Under the pieces are notes generated by a model, which saw only the letters and a program-made list of their open reading frames with translations, was not told the DNA's origin and ran no database searches. The translations under genes were made by a program, and so were the position numbers. From Candidatus Bathyarchaeia archaeon (GTDB taxonomy: Archaea > Thermoproteota > Bathyarchaeia > Bathyarchaeales > Bathycorpusculaceae): 64,000 nucleotides of DNA. Positions 28,588 through 36,074 of the stretch are shown piece by piece. Positions within the stretch are counted from its first letter, which is position 1; every line of letters starts with the position of its first letter. The DNA is taken from the NCBI GenBank assembly GCA_049512935.1, contig JBEKWR010000001.1, positions 96,001 through 160,000 of the forward strand. The letters are read 5' to 3'.

Positions 28588-29649
28588 TTAGCGTCCGCGG
28601 GTTTTGGTTGCTTTCTCCTCTTCAGAGACATCTTCTATTCCGTTCTCGGTTACTTTAAGGATTTCCTCTCCTTCAGGCAAATACGGGCTTGAAACCAGCC
28701 TTGCAATCCTTATCGGACCATGAGGCGCCCTTCTGAGGTAGATGCGGGTGTGGCTTGTGTGTCCCACGATGTTTCCGCCGATCGGGTGGATCGCGTCGCC
28801 GAAGAACTGGTCGGGCTTAGCCATAACCTGGTTAGTTACAACCAAGACGGCGTTGAACGCTCGGCCTAAAGCGATTAGTTTGTGCATGTGCTTGTTGAGT
28901 TTCTGCTGTCTTGAAGCCAGCATTTCTCTTCCGATGTATTCGCTTCGGAAATGCGCGGTGAGGGAGTCCACGATGATCAGTTTGATGTTGTTTTTCTTGA
29001 TTATTTCGTCGGCGTTTTCCAGAAGGAACATCTGATGGTCGGACGTGTAGGCTTCAGCGTAAATTATGTTCTTAACCACGGTTTCAGGGTCCAAACCCAA
29101 AAACTTTGACATCTGCACTATGCGTTCAAGCCTGAAAGTGTTTTCGGTGTCAACGTACAAAGCTGCACCGTTGAGTCCGCCTCTTTCCGGGGGCAACTGC
29201 ACGTTGACGCACAGTTGATGGCAGATCTGGCTTTTGCCGCTGCCGTACTCGCCGTAGAACTCCGTTATAGTCTGGGTTTCCAAGCCGCCGTCAAGCACCT
29301 TGTCTAAGGCTTTACTGCCCGTGCTTAGTCGCAAGACTTTTTGGCGCATTTTGAAAAGTTCGTCCGCTCGGACGAAGGAGATGCCGATGGCTGAGCGGGC
29401 GGCTTCGATGATTTGGAAGGCTTTTTTCTCGCTTACTCCCACGGGCTCAAGCTCTCGCGACGTCGCCATGGCTAATGATTCCACGGTGTGGTAGCCGAGT
29501 TCTCGGAGTTTTTGTGCTGTTGCCGGTCCGACGCCTGGCAGGTCTTCCATGAACTCGTATTTTGGCTTGCTCGGTTCTGTTGTCTGTTCCGCGTCCTCTG
29601 GCTGTGGTTCATCGTCTCGGTTTTGTGTGTCTTCATCTTCTTCAGTCAT
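28588..29649 (-). CDS. radA: DNA repair and recombination protein RadA
   Basis: HhH LPGVGPATA, GEYGSGKSQ, YVDTENTFR, IVDSL, RQQKL, TNQV; acidic N-terminal extension; no intein. Confidence 0.97.
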   Translation of the reverse strand: MTEEDEDTQNRDDEPQPEDAEQTTEPSKPKYEFMEDLPGVGPATAQKLRELGYHTVESLAMATSRELEPVGVSEKKAFQIIEAARSAIGISFVRADELFKMRQKVLRLSTGSKALDKVLDGGLETQTITEFYGEYGSGKSQICHQLCVNVQLPPERGGLNGAALYVDTENTFRLERIVQMSKFLGLDPETVVKNIIYAEAYTSDHQMFLLENADEIIKKNNIKLIIVDSLTAHFRSEYIGREMLASRQQKLNKHMHKLIALGRAFNAVLVVTNQVMAKPDQFFGDAIHPIGGNIVGHTSHTRIYLRRAPHGPIRIARLVSSPYLPEGEEILKVTENGIEDVSEEEKATKTRGR

Positions 29650-29722
29650 CTTGTTCACACGTGGCAAAAGATGTTACGTCTGGGTATTTAAAACAACCGA
29701 AGAATAAGACATATTGCAGAGT

Positions 29723-29745
29723 GGAGGGGTCGGTGAAAGTGAACG
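29723..29745 (-). promoter_or_regulatory. Putative DNA-damage-response element, copy 2 (CGTTCACTTTCAccgACCCCTCC)
   Basis: 31 nt from the radA TATA box (TTTAAATA, 29692-29685); matches 4628-4650. Confidence 0.75.
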
Positions 29746-29889
29746 GCGGATGCGGCTTTTTCGCTCAGGTCTGTTTTTGCGCGGGCTTCTTGCCGCTAAA
29801 AGCAGGCCTCTCCGTCTTGTTTTTCGTTATGCCCGTTTCTGGTTGTTTTTTTGGTTTGGGGCTTGGTTTGGGCTCAGGTTATGGTGTAA

Positions 29890-29999
29890 AAAGGCTAGAA
29901 AAGGTCTAAAAAGGTGTAAAAAGGTTTGGAAAGGTTAAAAAAGATACAGAAAGGTTGGGAAAGATACGGAAAGATGGAAAAAGGCTACAAAAGACGGTT
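29890..29999 (+). repeat. Degenerate tandem array, 11 x 10 bp (AAAGR-N5)
   Basis: AAAG at 29890, 29900, ... 29990 with no indels and variable spacers. Confidence 0.9.
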
Positions 30000-30053
30000 T
30001 ACGCGGGCTTCGCCTTCTCTTGAAGAAGCAGCCTTTTTTCACGGGCAAATCGG

Positions 30054-30440
30054 CTATTCTTTCTTGTCTGGGATGAAATCCATGGAGATCGAGTTTACGC
30101 AGTGCCTCGTGTCCTTCTCAGTGAAGCGCTCGCCCACAAAGACGTGCCCAAGATGAGCACCGCAGTTGACGCATTGAATCTCCGTCCGCACACCGTCGGG
30201 GTCAGGAAGCCGCCGAACCGCGCCCGGGATTTCCTCATCGAAGCTTGGCCACCCGCAGTTCGCCTCAAACTTGCGTTCTGAACGGTACAGCGGCGCTTTG
30301 CATCGTTTGCACACGTAGGTGCCTTTATCCCAGAAAGCGAAGTATTTGCCCGTGAAGGGCGTTTCCGTGCCTTTGTTGATGATGACGCGTTCTTCGTCAG
30401 GAGAAAGTTTCCTGCTGGCTTGTTGAGACGCAGACAACAA
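30054..30440 (-). CDS. msrB: Peptide methionine-R-sulfoxide reductase
   Basis: GTETPF, CxxC, CGWPSF, RTEI.CxxCGAHLGHVF, RHCVNS. Confidence 0.96.
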   Translation of the reverse strand: MLSASQQASRKLSPDEERVIINKGTETPFTGKYFAFWDKGTYVCKRCKAPLYRSERKFEANCGWPSFDEEIPGAVRRLPDPDGVRTEIQCVNCGAHLGHVFVGERFTEKDTRHCVNSISMDFIPDKKE

Positions 30441-30547
30441 AAATCACCATTCTAAACAATGATTACGCCTGTAAAAAGGTTTCATTCAAGCGCTCGTTGC
30501 CGACAAGCAAATATAGGCGCACGTAAATTTACCTATGGGTTTGTATT

Positions 30548-30829
30548 ATGGTTGAAATCACTCGGATCTTTTGGAAGAAAGCTTATACATCGGACAATTT
30601 CCTGTTAGGCGACGTAGAAAGCGCCGACGTAGACATGAACACTTGGCAGTTGACGAGTTTTTACATCGGCTTAACTGACGAGGCAACGAAGCATCTTGGT
30701 TTCAAGCGTCCTTACCTTGGAAAAGTAACTGTCTGCTTGCCCGTATCCGATATAAAGATGGTTGAAGCCAACGCCGTACTAAACAAAACCATAGCTGAGC
30801 TTCGCGACCTCAAACAGTGCAAAGAGTAA
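30548..30829 (+). CDS. PRC-barrel domain protein
   Basis: KKAYTSD..LLGDVE..VD..TWQL...LPVSDI pattern. Confidence 0.7.
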   Translation: MVEITRIFWKKAYTSDNFLLGDVESADVDMNTWQLTSFYIGLTDEATKHLGFKRPYLGKVTVCLPVSDIKMVEANAVLNKTIAELRDLKQCKE

Positions 30830-30866
30830 CAGCTGTTTCTAGCTTTTTTATTAGAGTTAGCAAAAG

Positions 30867-31229
30867 TCAGCCAGCGCCATAAAAGTCAATAGCCCAGAAC
30901 CGCTCCACAACTCTGCTTCCCACACTTTTATTTCCCCTTCGCCCATGCAGGTAAATCGAAATAAGAGCACCGAAAAAAGCCACTAAGCCGACAATCCAAG
31001 CTGCGACCACAAACGGCGATGGCAAAGGCGACGATTTGGCAACTTGGGTTTGCTGCAACGCAACGGTTTCCTGCTTTGTCGGCAGCTGCGGCGGCGATGA
31101 ATTTGCCATGCAGTTTACCGCGCCGAAATTGGCAGTCTGGTTTGGGTATGCTTTAACTGCCGAAGAAGAGGCTATACATGACGCCGCAGCCAATAAGAAA
31201 ACAAACAGGACAGCGCGGGTTTTGTTCAT
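30867..31229 (-). CDS. Small secreted/membrane-anchored hypothetical protein
   Basis: Signal peptide plus C-terminal TM; GGTGA SD. Confidence 0.65.
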   Translation of the reverse strand: MNKTRAVLFVFLLAAASCIASSSAVKAYPNQTANFGAVNCMANSSPPQLPTKQETVALQQTQVAKSSPLPSPFVVAAWIVGLVAFFGALISIYLHGRRGNKSVGSRVVERFWAIDFYGAG

Positions 31230-31276
31230 TTCTTCACCGTTTATTTGGGCTGTTTTTTCCCGTTAAAAGCGTTATC

Positions 31277-31340
31277 GTCAAGATTTCTTGACCAAACAGG
31301 AGCTTTTTAGTCAAGGTTTCTTGACTGGACAGGTTGTCCA
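31277..31340. promoter_or_regulatory. Tandem palindromic operators (2 x GTCAAGRTTTCTTGAC) plus TGGACA-GGT-TGTCCA
   Basis: 31277-31292 and 31310-31325 (15/16 identical, 33-nt period); third dyad 31326-31340. Confidence 0.7.
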
Positions 31341-31534
31341 TGCTCTATGCTTAATTCATGCATATGACCGTTTTTTGTTTGCTTCTTCAGGTTTACCCGC
31401 CGCCTTCGCTGGAGCACACAAATATTCGTTGCGCCTTAAACTTCAAGGCGTCTTGCCGCAAGTATCATGCCAGCCTTGATTTGTTGAAAAAATTAAAAAA
31501 GCGAACAAGAGTAATCTATACAGTGGCGTTTCTG

Positions 31535-32212
31535 TTGGCTGATGCGGAGTGGGAGAGACTTATTGACGACTTAGTAAGACAGGGCATACTTCAAACGCCC
31601 AACGTGGCGAACGCGATGCGTCACGTGCCCCGCCTAAATTTCCTGCCCAAAGCCGCCCGCCAGCACAGCGCCGTGGATGCTCCCTTGCAAATCGGGTTCG
31701 GCCAAACCATTTCAGCCCCCCACATGGTTTCCATTATGAACGAAGCCCTGCAGCTTGAGGTCGGTCAAAGGGTTCTTGAAGTTGGCGCTGGTTCAGGCTG
31801 GCATGCCGCGACGTTAGGTGAGTTGGTCGCTCCGAAAAGTGCGCCCGAAAGCACGCGGGGACACGTCTACTCCGTCGAGATAATTCCCTCGTTGGCTGAA
31901 ACTGCGCGGAGAAACATCTTAACCGCTGGCTTCGGCGACTGCGTAACCGTGATCAACGCTGACGGGTCAAAAGGTTACCCTGACAAGGCGCTGTACGACC
32001 GTATTGCTGTGACGGCGGCGGCTCCCCAAGTTCCCCAGCCACTCGTTGATCAACTGAAGCCTGACGGTGGCGTAATGGTGATTCCTGTCGGCACGGTTTC
32101 CTTCTATCAAACCTTGATAAGGCTGACTAAAAACGCCGCTGGCGAAGTTCGGCAGGAAGACCTCGGCGGAGTAGCGTTTGTCCCCCTGACAGGCGAGTAC
32201 GGGCAAGGCTAG
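31535..32212 (+). CDS. pcm: Protein-L-isoaspartate O-methyltransferase
   Basis: GQTISAPHM, VLEVGAGSGW, YDRIAVTAA, VAFVPL; TTG start 31535 inferred. Confidence 0.95.
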   Translation: MADAEWERLIDDLVRQGILQTPNVANAMRHVPRLNFLPKAARQHSAVDAPLQIGFGQTISAPHMVSIMNEALQLEVGQRVLEVGAGSGWHAATLGELVAPKSAPESTRGHVYSVEIIPSLAETARRNILTAGFGDCVTVINADGSKGYPDKALYDRIAVTAAAPQVPQPLVDQLKPDGGVMVIPVGTVSFYQTLIRLTKNAAGEVRQEDLGGVAFVPLTGEYGQG

Positions 32213-32216
32213 CGGG

Positions 32217-33245
32217 TTACCCGAACCATTTTTCCAGCGTCATCTTGGACTTCTGCTTCTTGCTGCCAGCAAGCATTTTATCCAGTGATTTTCTGACGCG
32301 ATCCTCTGAGAACTCTTTTTGCCTAACCATCAAGTCGACGACGCCTTCAACGTTCGGTTCACACCATTGGAGCTTGTAGTTGTCCGTTACCTCAGGATGC
32401 AGGAAGACCTGGCGTATGCAGTTTGGCTCAACTGGGAAAGAAGCGTTCTTTATGTGGGGCAACGCGTTCTCCAACGACCCGAACTGCTTGACCAGTTTCA
32501 GGGCGGTTTTCGGCCCTAGCCCCTTTATTCCGTCAGGGTTAAAGTCTGTGCCGATGAGAATGCCCACGTCGATGAGCTGCGGGTAGGTTAAGCCCGTCTC
32601 GCTCAGCGTCTTAGACAGCTCCATCACTTCGGGCACAACCTCGATGTAGGCGTTACCGCGTTTGCGTCTGCCCGAAATCGTGATGTTCCGCAGCATTCTG
32701 GGCGCCCCAAAAAGTAGGCTGTCGTAGTCTTGGCTTGCACAGTAATCTGCGTCGCCTTTCTTGGTCATGTAGGCGGCTTGGGCTTCGCCTTCGCTTGGCG
32801 CGTTAATCCACGGCAAACCCATAAGCTCCAAGAGCCTGCGGCTGTCATCCTGCATGTAATCTTTCATGCTTGTCGCCGCCTGCGCGAACACTCGCATCTT
32901 CTCCGTGTCGCCCTTCGCCGCCGCCTTCTCGTAGCTGGCGATAGCTTGCACCTTAACAGCTTTGCGCCGCTCAATCTCAGCCGCCTTCAGGGTCGGGGGA
33001 ATCCCATCGAAAACGTAGATCGGCTTCAAACCCATCTCAACAAGGTTGCTTGTGCGGTAGAAAAGCCCGCTTAGGTGGCTTGTGACGTGTCCAGTGCTGT
33101 CTTTTAGCGGGGTTCCGTCGGGTTGGCGGATGATGGCGAGAAACTGGTAGATTGCATTGTAAGCGTCTATGGCAATTATTTTGCCGCTTAAATCTTCAAG
33201 CTTCACGGGAGTTTTCGGAACTAAATCTTTGAAGTCTACGCCCAA
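32217..33245 (-). CDS. fen1: Flap endonuclease 1
   Basis: MGV, AIDAYNAIYQFL..IRQPDG, APSEGEAQA, SQDYD, GTDFN, C-terminal PIP-like MTLEKWF. Confidence 0.97.
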   Translation of the reverse strand: MGVDFKDLVPKTPVKLEDLSGKIIAIDAYNAIYQFLAIIRQPDGTPLKDSTGHVTSHLSGLFYRTSNLVEMGLKPIYVFDGIPPTLKAAEIERRKAVKVQAIASYEKAAAKGDTEKMRVFAQAATSMKDYMQDDSRRLLELMGLPWINAPSEGEAQAAYMTKKGDADYCASQDYDSLLFGAPRMLRNITISGRRKRGNAYIEVVPEVMELSKTLSETGLTYPQLIDVGILIGTDFNPDGIKGLGPKTALKLVKQFGSLENALPHIKNASFPVEPNCIRQVFLHPEVTDNYKLQWCEPNVEGVVDLMVRQKEFSEDRVRKSLDKMLAGSKKQKSKMTLEKWFG

Positions 33246-33379
33246 AATTCATCACAAAATAAAAGGCAAAACGTCAAGCTAATAAAACTTGCGAATTCGA
33301 GTTCTGTGAAGTTAGCGATTGAATAGAGGTTCATGTGAAAAGTCGGTTGATGGGGTCGGAAGGGGTTGCTGAAATTGGA

Positions 33380-34011
33380 GGCAAAACCCCGTCTTCAGCT
33401 TGGCGGAAAAGCTCTGTTTGCTTGCTCATGCTTCAACTCAACGAACAGCAGAGCTATTACGGAAGGAAGGAAAAACTCGAAAACGCCCCCAAATGAAGAG
33501 CTTGCGAAAATAATTGAGGTGTACGCATTATAGTATTGCGGGTTTATTGAGAGCAGATTGAAAATCGTTGAGCCGAAGATAACGCCTAAGAGTAAAGCTA
33601 TGACAGTAGATTTCGAAGCACACATATTGAACCTATCTGCCAAAAAGTAGAACACGCCGAAAACAACGGCAAGAAGCACTAAGTTGAAAAGCATGCTACT
33701 AAGCGTGAAAATCGGTATAGCTTCGGAAAACGTGACTGAGAATAAAGAGAACGCTCCAAATCTGGCATAAGGCAAATAGGTGAATCCCATTGACAAAAAG
33801 AGTGAAATAGCAAATGCTGCCAGCGGCTTTTGCATGATTTACATCTCCTGCGGTAAATGGGTGCTATTAGAGGCTGTATAAAAAACTTTCACAATTCCGT
33901 TTTCGGGATTACGTTTGACTAATTTTTTGTTTTCTTGACGCATTTTCTATGAGTTTTCCACTTATTTTCTCCCTCAATCGTTATTCCGCAAGCCACAGAG
34001 GGGGTTTTGCC
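33380..34011. mobile_element. Inverted-repeat-bounded islet between two fen1 5' ends
   Basis: GGCAAAACCCCgTCT (33380-33394) inverted to AGAgGGGGTTTTGCC (33997-34011), 14/15; no transposase or TSD seen. Confidence 0.45.
33395..33835 (-). CDS. Four-TM hypothetical membrane protein (cargo)
   Basis: Hydrophobic 146-aa ORF with GGAG SD and own TATA box. Confidence 0.75.
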   Translation of the reverse strand: MQKPLAAFAISLFLSMGFTYLPYARFGAFSLFSVTFSEAIPIFTLSSMLFNLVLLAVVFGVFYFLADRFNMCASKSTVIALLLGVIFGSTIFNLLSINPQYYNAYTSIIFASSSFGGVFEFFLPSVIALLFVELKHEQANRAFPPS

Positions 34012-34021
34012 GTCTAAGGAT

Positions 34022-34159
34022 TTATGGGTAAACCCAATATAAGATGATGATGAGGAACTGGTAGATGGCGTTGTAAGCGTCTATGGCGATTATTTTGCCG
34101 CTTAAATCCTCAAGCTTCACCGGGGTTTTTGGAACAAGATCCTTAAAGTCTACACCCAA
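34022..34159 (-). pseudogene. fen1: Truncated fen1 5' fragment (36 identical residues, then diverges; 45 aa)
   Basis: MGVDFKDLVPKTPVKLEDLSGKIIAIDAYNAIYQFL-IIILYWVYP*; upstream SD/promoter (to about 34210) is also similar to 33246-33296. Confidence 0.9.
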
Positions 34160-34254
34160 AACTCATCACAGCTAAAATAGGCGAAAAACTTTCTTAATAA
34201 ACTTGCGAATGGCTCTTAAATGCCCAAGCTCACTAGCTTAATGTTGGAAAGAAA

Positions 34255-34542
34255 TTGAAGCAAGAGCAAAGGAAAGTGGGGCAAAAAGGGCAGGTCACTA
34301 TTCCGAAGGAAATGCGGGAAGCCCTCAAAATAGAACCCGGTTCCACGGTAACGTTTACGGTGGAAGGCGATAAGTTAATTGTGAGAAGGTTTTTTGATGC
34401 TGTAGCTGTGTTTAGAAAAGTAGCTAGAAGCGGCAAGTCTGTTTCAAGAATAGACCCTCACGCAGCTTACGAGGAAGAAATCGAAGAAAGATACCAACGT
34501 GCGCTTGCTGGAGCGAAGGAACAGAAAGAAAAAAGTGACTAA
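34255..34542 (+). CDS. AbrB/MazE/SpoVT DNA-binding protein (VapB-like antitoxin, no adjacent toxin)
   Basis: RKVGQKGQVTIPKEMREALKIEPGSTV. Confidence 0.88.
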   Translation: MKQEQRKVGQKGQVTIPKEMREALKIEPGSTVTFTVEGDKLIVRRFFDAVAVFRKVARSGKSVSRIDPHAAYEEEIEERYQRALAGAKEQKEKSD

Positions 34543-34600
34543 AATAACTTGAAAAAATAGTTCACTTCTCTTAACTGCCTATTACATTCTTTTAAAAAAC

Positions 34601-35143
34601 TTAGGCTTGTGTTGCTGTTATGCTGACGTCGAAGCTGTAGCTGAACGGTGTGCCCGCTACGAAGTTCGTGTTTGTCGTAACCATGTTTATGGCTACGTAC
34701 AGGTTCGCCGATGCGCCCACAGCAATCGGGTTGAATTCAACGTCGCCCGCCAGATTAAACTGGATGTTGCTCGGGACGTTAACGTTCGATGCCGCTACGG
34801 TTATGTTGATGGGGACGCTGCCCGTGTTCTGGACAACCAACGCGGTCGTCGCGGGGATTCCTCCGACAGAGTCTAACGGTCCGTAGATGTTGCAGGGCAG
34901 GTTAGTCAAGGTCGCGGGGCAGCTGGTTCCGTTAGGAAAAAACAGGGCGAACTGGATGGTTGCTGGGGGGTTTGAAGTCGTGGCGGTTGGTGAAGGTGTC
35001 AGGGTAGGTGAGATGTTTCTTGGGTATTTTGCGGTTCCGCTTACGTGGATGGTTTGGGTTTGCTGGGCGATTTGGGCAATCACCAGCGGAACAGCTATGG
35101 CTACTATAAGCACTATGGCTAAAACGAAAAGTTTCTTTCTCAC
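34601..35143 (-). CDS. Secreted Thr/Asn-rich beta-sandwich-like hypothetical protein
   Basis: GGAGGTGA SD, signal peptide, V.NTGSVPINITV motif. Confidence 0.75.
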   Translation of the reverse strand: MRKKLFVLAIVLIVAIAVPLVIAQIAQQTQTIHVSGTAKYPRNISPTLTPSPTATTSNPPATIQFALFFPNGTSCPATLTNLPCNIYGPLDSVGGIPATTALVVQNTGSVPINITVAASNVNVPSNIQFNLAGDVEFNPIAVGASANLYVAINMVTTNTNFVAGTPFSYSFDVSITATQA

Positions 35144-35443
35144 TCATTTCACCTCCGAACGCTGCCGCTTCATCCTTGGCTTTCATCTCAGACTTGATAA
35201 TTAATAAAACGATGTTGTAACATGTTGACGCCACATAGATGTGTATCAAATAATAAATCGAAAGGATTTTTGTTGCAAATTCACGGTTGGAAATGTAAGT
35301 ACGTTGAATTGTGAAAATGCAGACGATGAACCTTTTGTTTTCAAGCAGCAAATCCCGAAGGTGAAGTAGCGGATTATTGGGATTCGTTGAGCACAGCAGA
35401 TATAAGGAAGCCTTACAATTTAGAACCGCAAGAGATGTAGATT

Positions 35444-35632
35444 ATGACAGAAAGACAAACAACACTGTCCTTGGTCACCTGCACGAGCTGCGGCAAACCG
35501 ATCCCGCCAGGCAGCGAATCCACGAAATTCCTCTGCCCCAACTGCGGAGAAATCCAGATCAAACGCGACGGAAAATGCCGCAAGTTCGGACGCATCTACA
35601 AGTGCCCAAAGTGCGGTTTCACAGGACCATAA
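35444..35632 (+). CDS. Zn-ribbon protein (DUF1610 / HVO_2753 family)
   Basis: CTSCG..FLCPNCGE..CRK..YKCPKCGFTGP; conserved position before EF-1beta. Confidence 0.92.
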   Translation: MTERQTTLSLVTCTSCGKPIPPGSESTKFLCPNCGEIQIKRDGKCRKFGRIYKCPKCGFTGP

Positions 35633-35639
35633 AGGGCGA

Positions 35640-35921
35640 ATGGGCATGGGCAGCGTTCTTGTAACTTACAAGATTTTTCCAGAAGACATCGTAAAGAACT
35701 TTGACGACATAAAAAAGCAGATTGAAAGCATCAAACCCGAGTTCGTTTCCATCGAAGGATGGGGCGAGGAACCAGTGGCTTTCGGGCTGGTAGCACTCCT
35801 TGTCCAGCTGAAGTTTCCGGAAGACAAGACCGGGATCGTTGACGAGTTTGAAGAAAAACTCGCGAAGCTTCCAGGGATAAGTCAAGCGCAGACCTTGCAA
35901 ATCCGCAGAACCAGCAGATGA
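35640..35921 (+). CDS. ef1b: Translation elongation factor 1-beta
   Basis: KIFPED, EEPVAFGLVAL. Confidence 0.93.
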   Translation: MGMGSVLVTYKIFPEDIVKNFDDIKKQIESIKPEFVSIEGWGEEPVAFGLVALLVQLKFPEDKTGIVDEFEEKLAKLPGISQAQTLQIRRTSR

Positions 35922-36074
35922 ACCGCTAACGTGCGGTTAACCGCAAAAAAACCATCAGTCTTCTTTTTAACATGCACCTGAAAGTCTCTGCCGTTACGCT
36001 TGAAGGTTTATATAGTCTTTGAATGTTCTTTCAAACACATACCTTTGAGCACCAGATTATTTGGAGGATTCTGA

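Noticed and set aside
29562-30156. ORFs 29562-29909, 29714-29938 and 29926-30156
   Set aside because: Translations of the G/T-rich tract and the 10-bp array; low complexity and overlapping radA or msrB antisense
31358-31534. N-terminal extension of pcm, and similar extensions of proS, flavodoxin, rqc2 and prsW in the ORF track
   Set aside because: They run through promoter DNA and are not protein-like; downstream starts fit the families
34005-34045. dif/Xer-like site at the fen1 fragment junction
   Set aside because: TTATGGGTAAAC resembles a Xer arm, but no 11-6-11 arrangement can be built
35205-35320. Recurring GTTG words suggesting degenerate CRISPR repeats
   Set aside because: Only 4-5 nt shared, with irregular spacing
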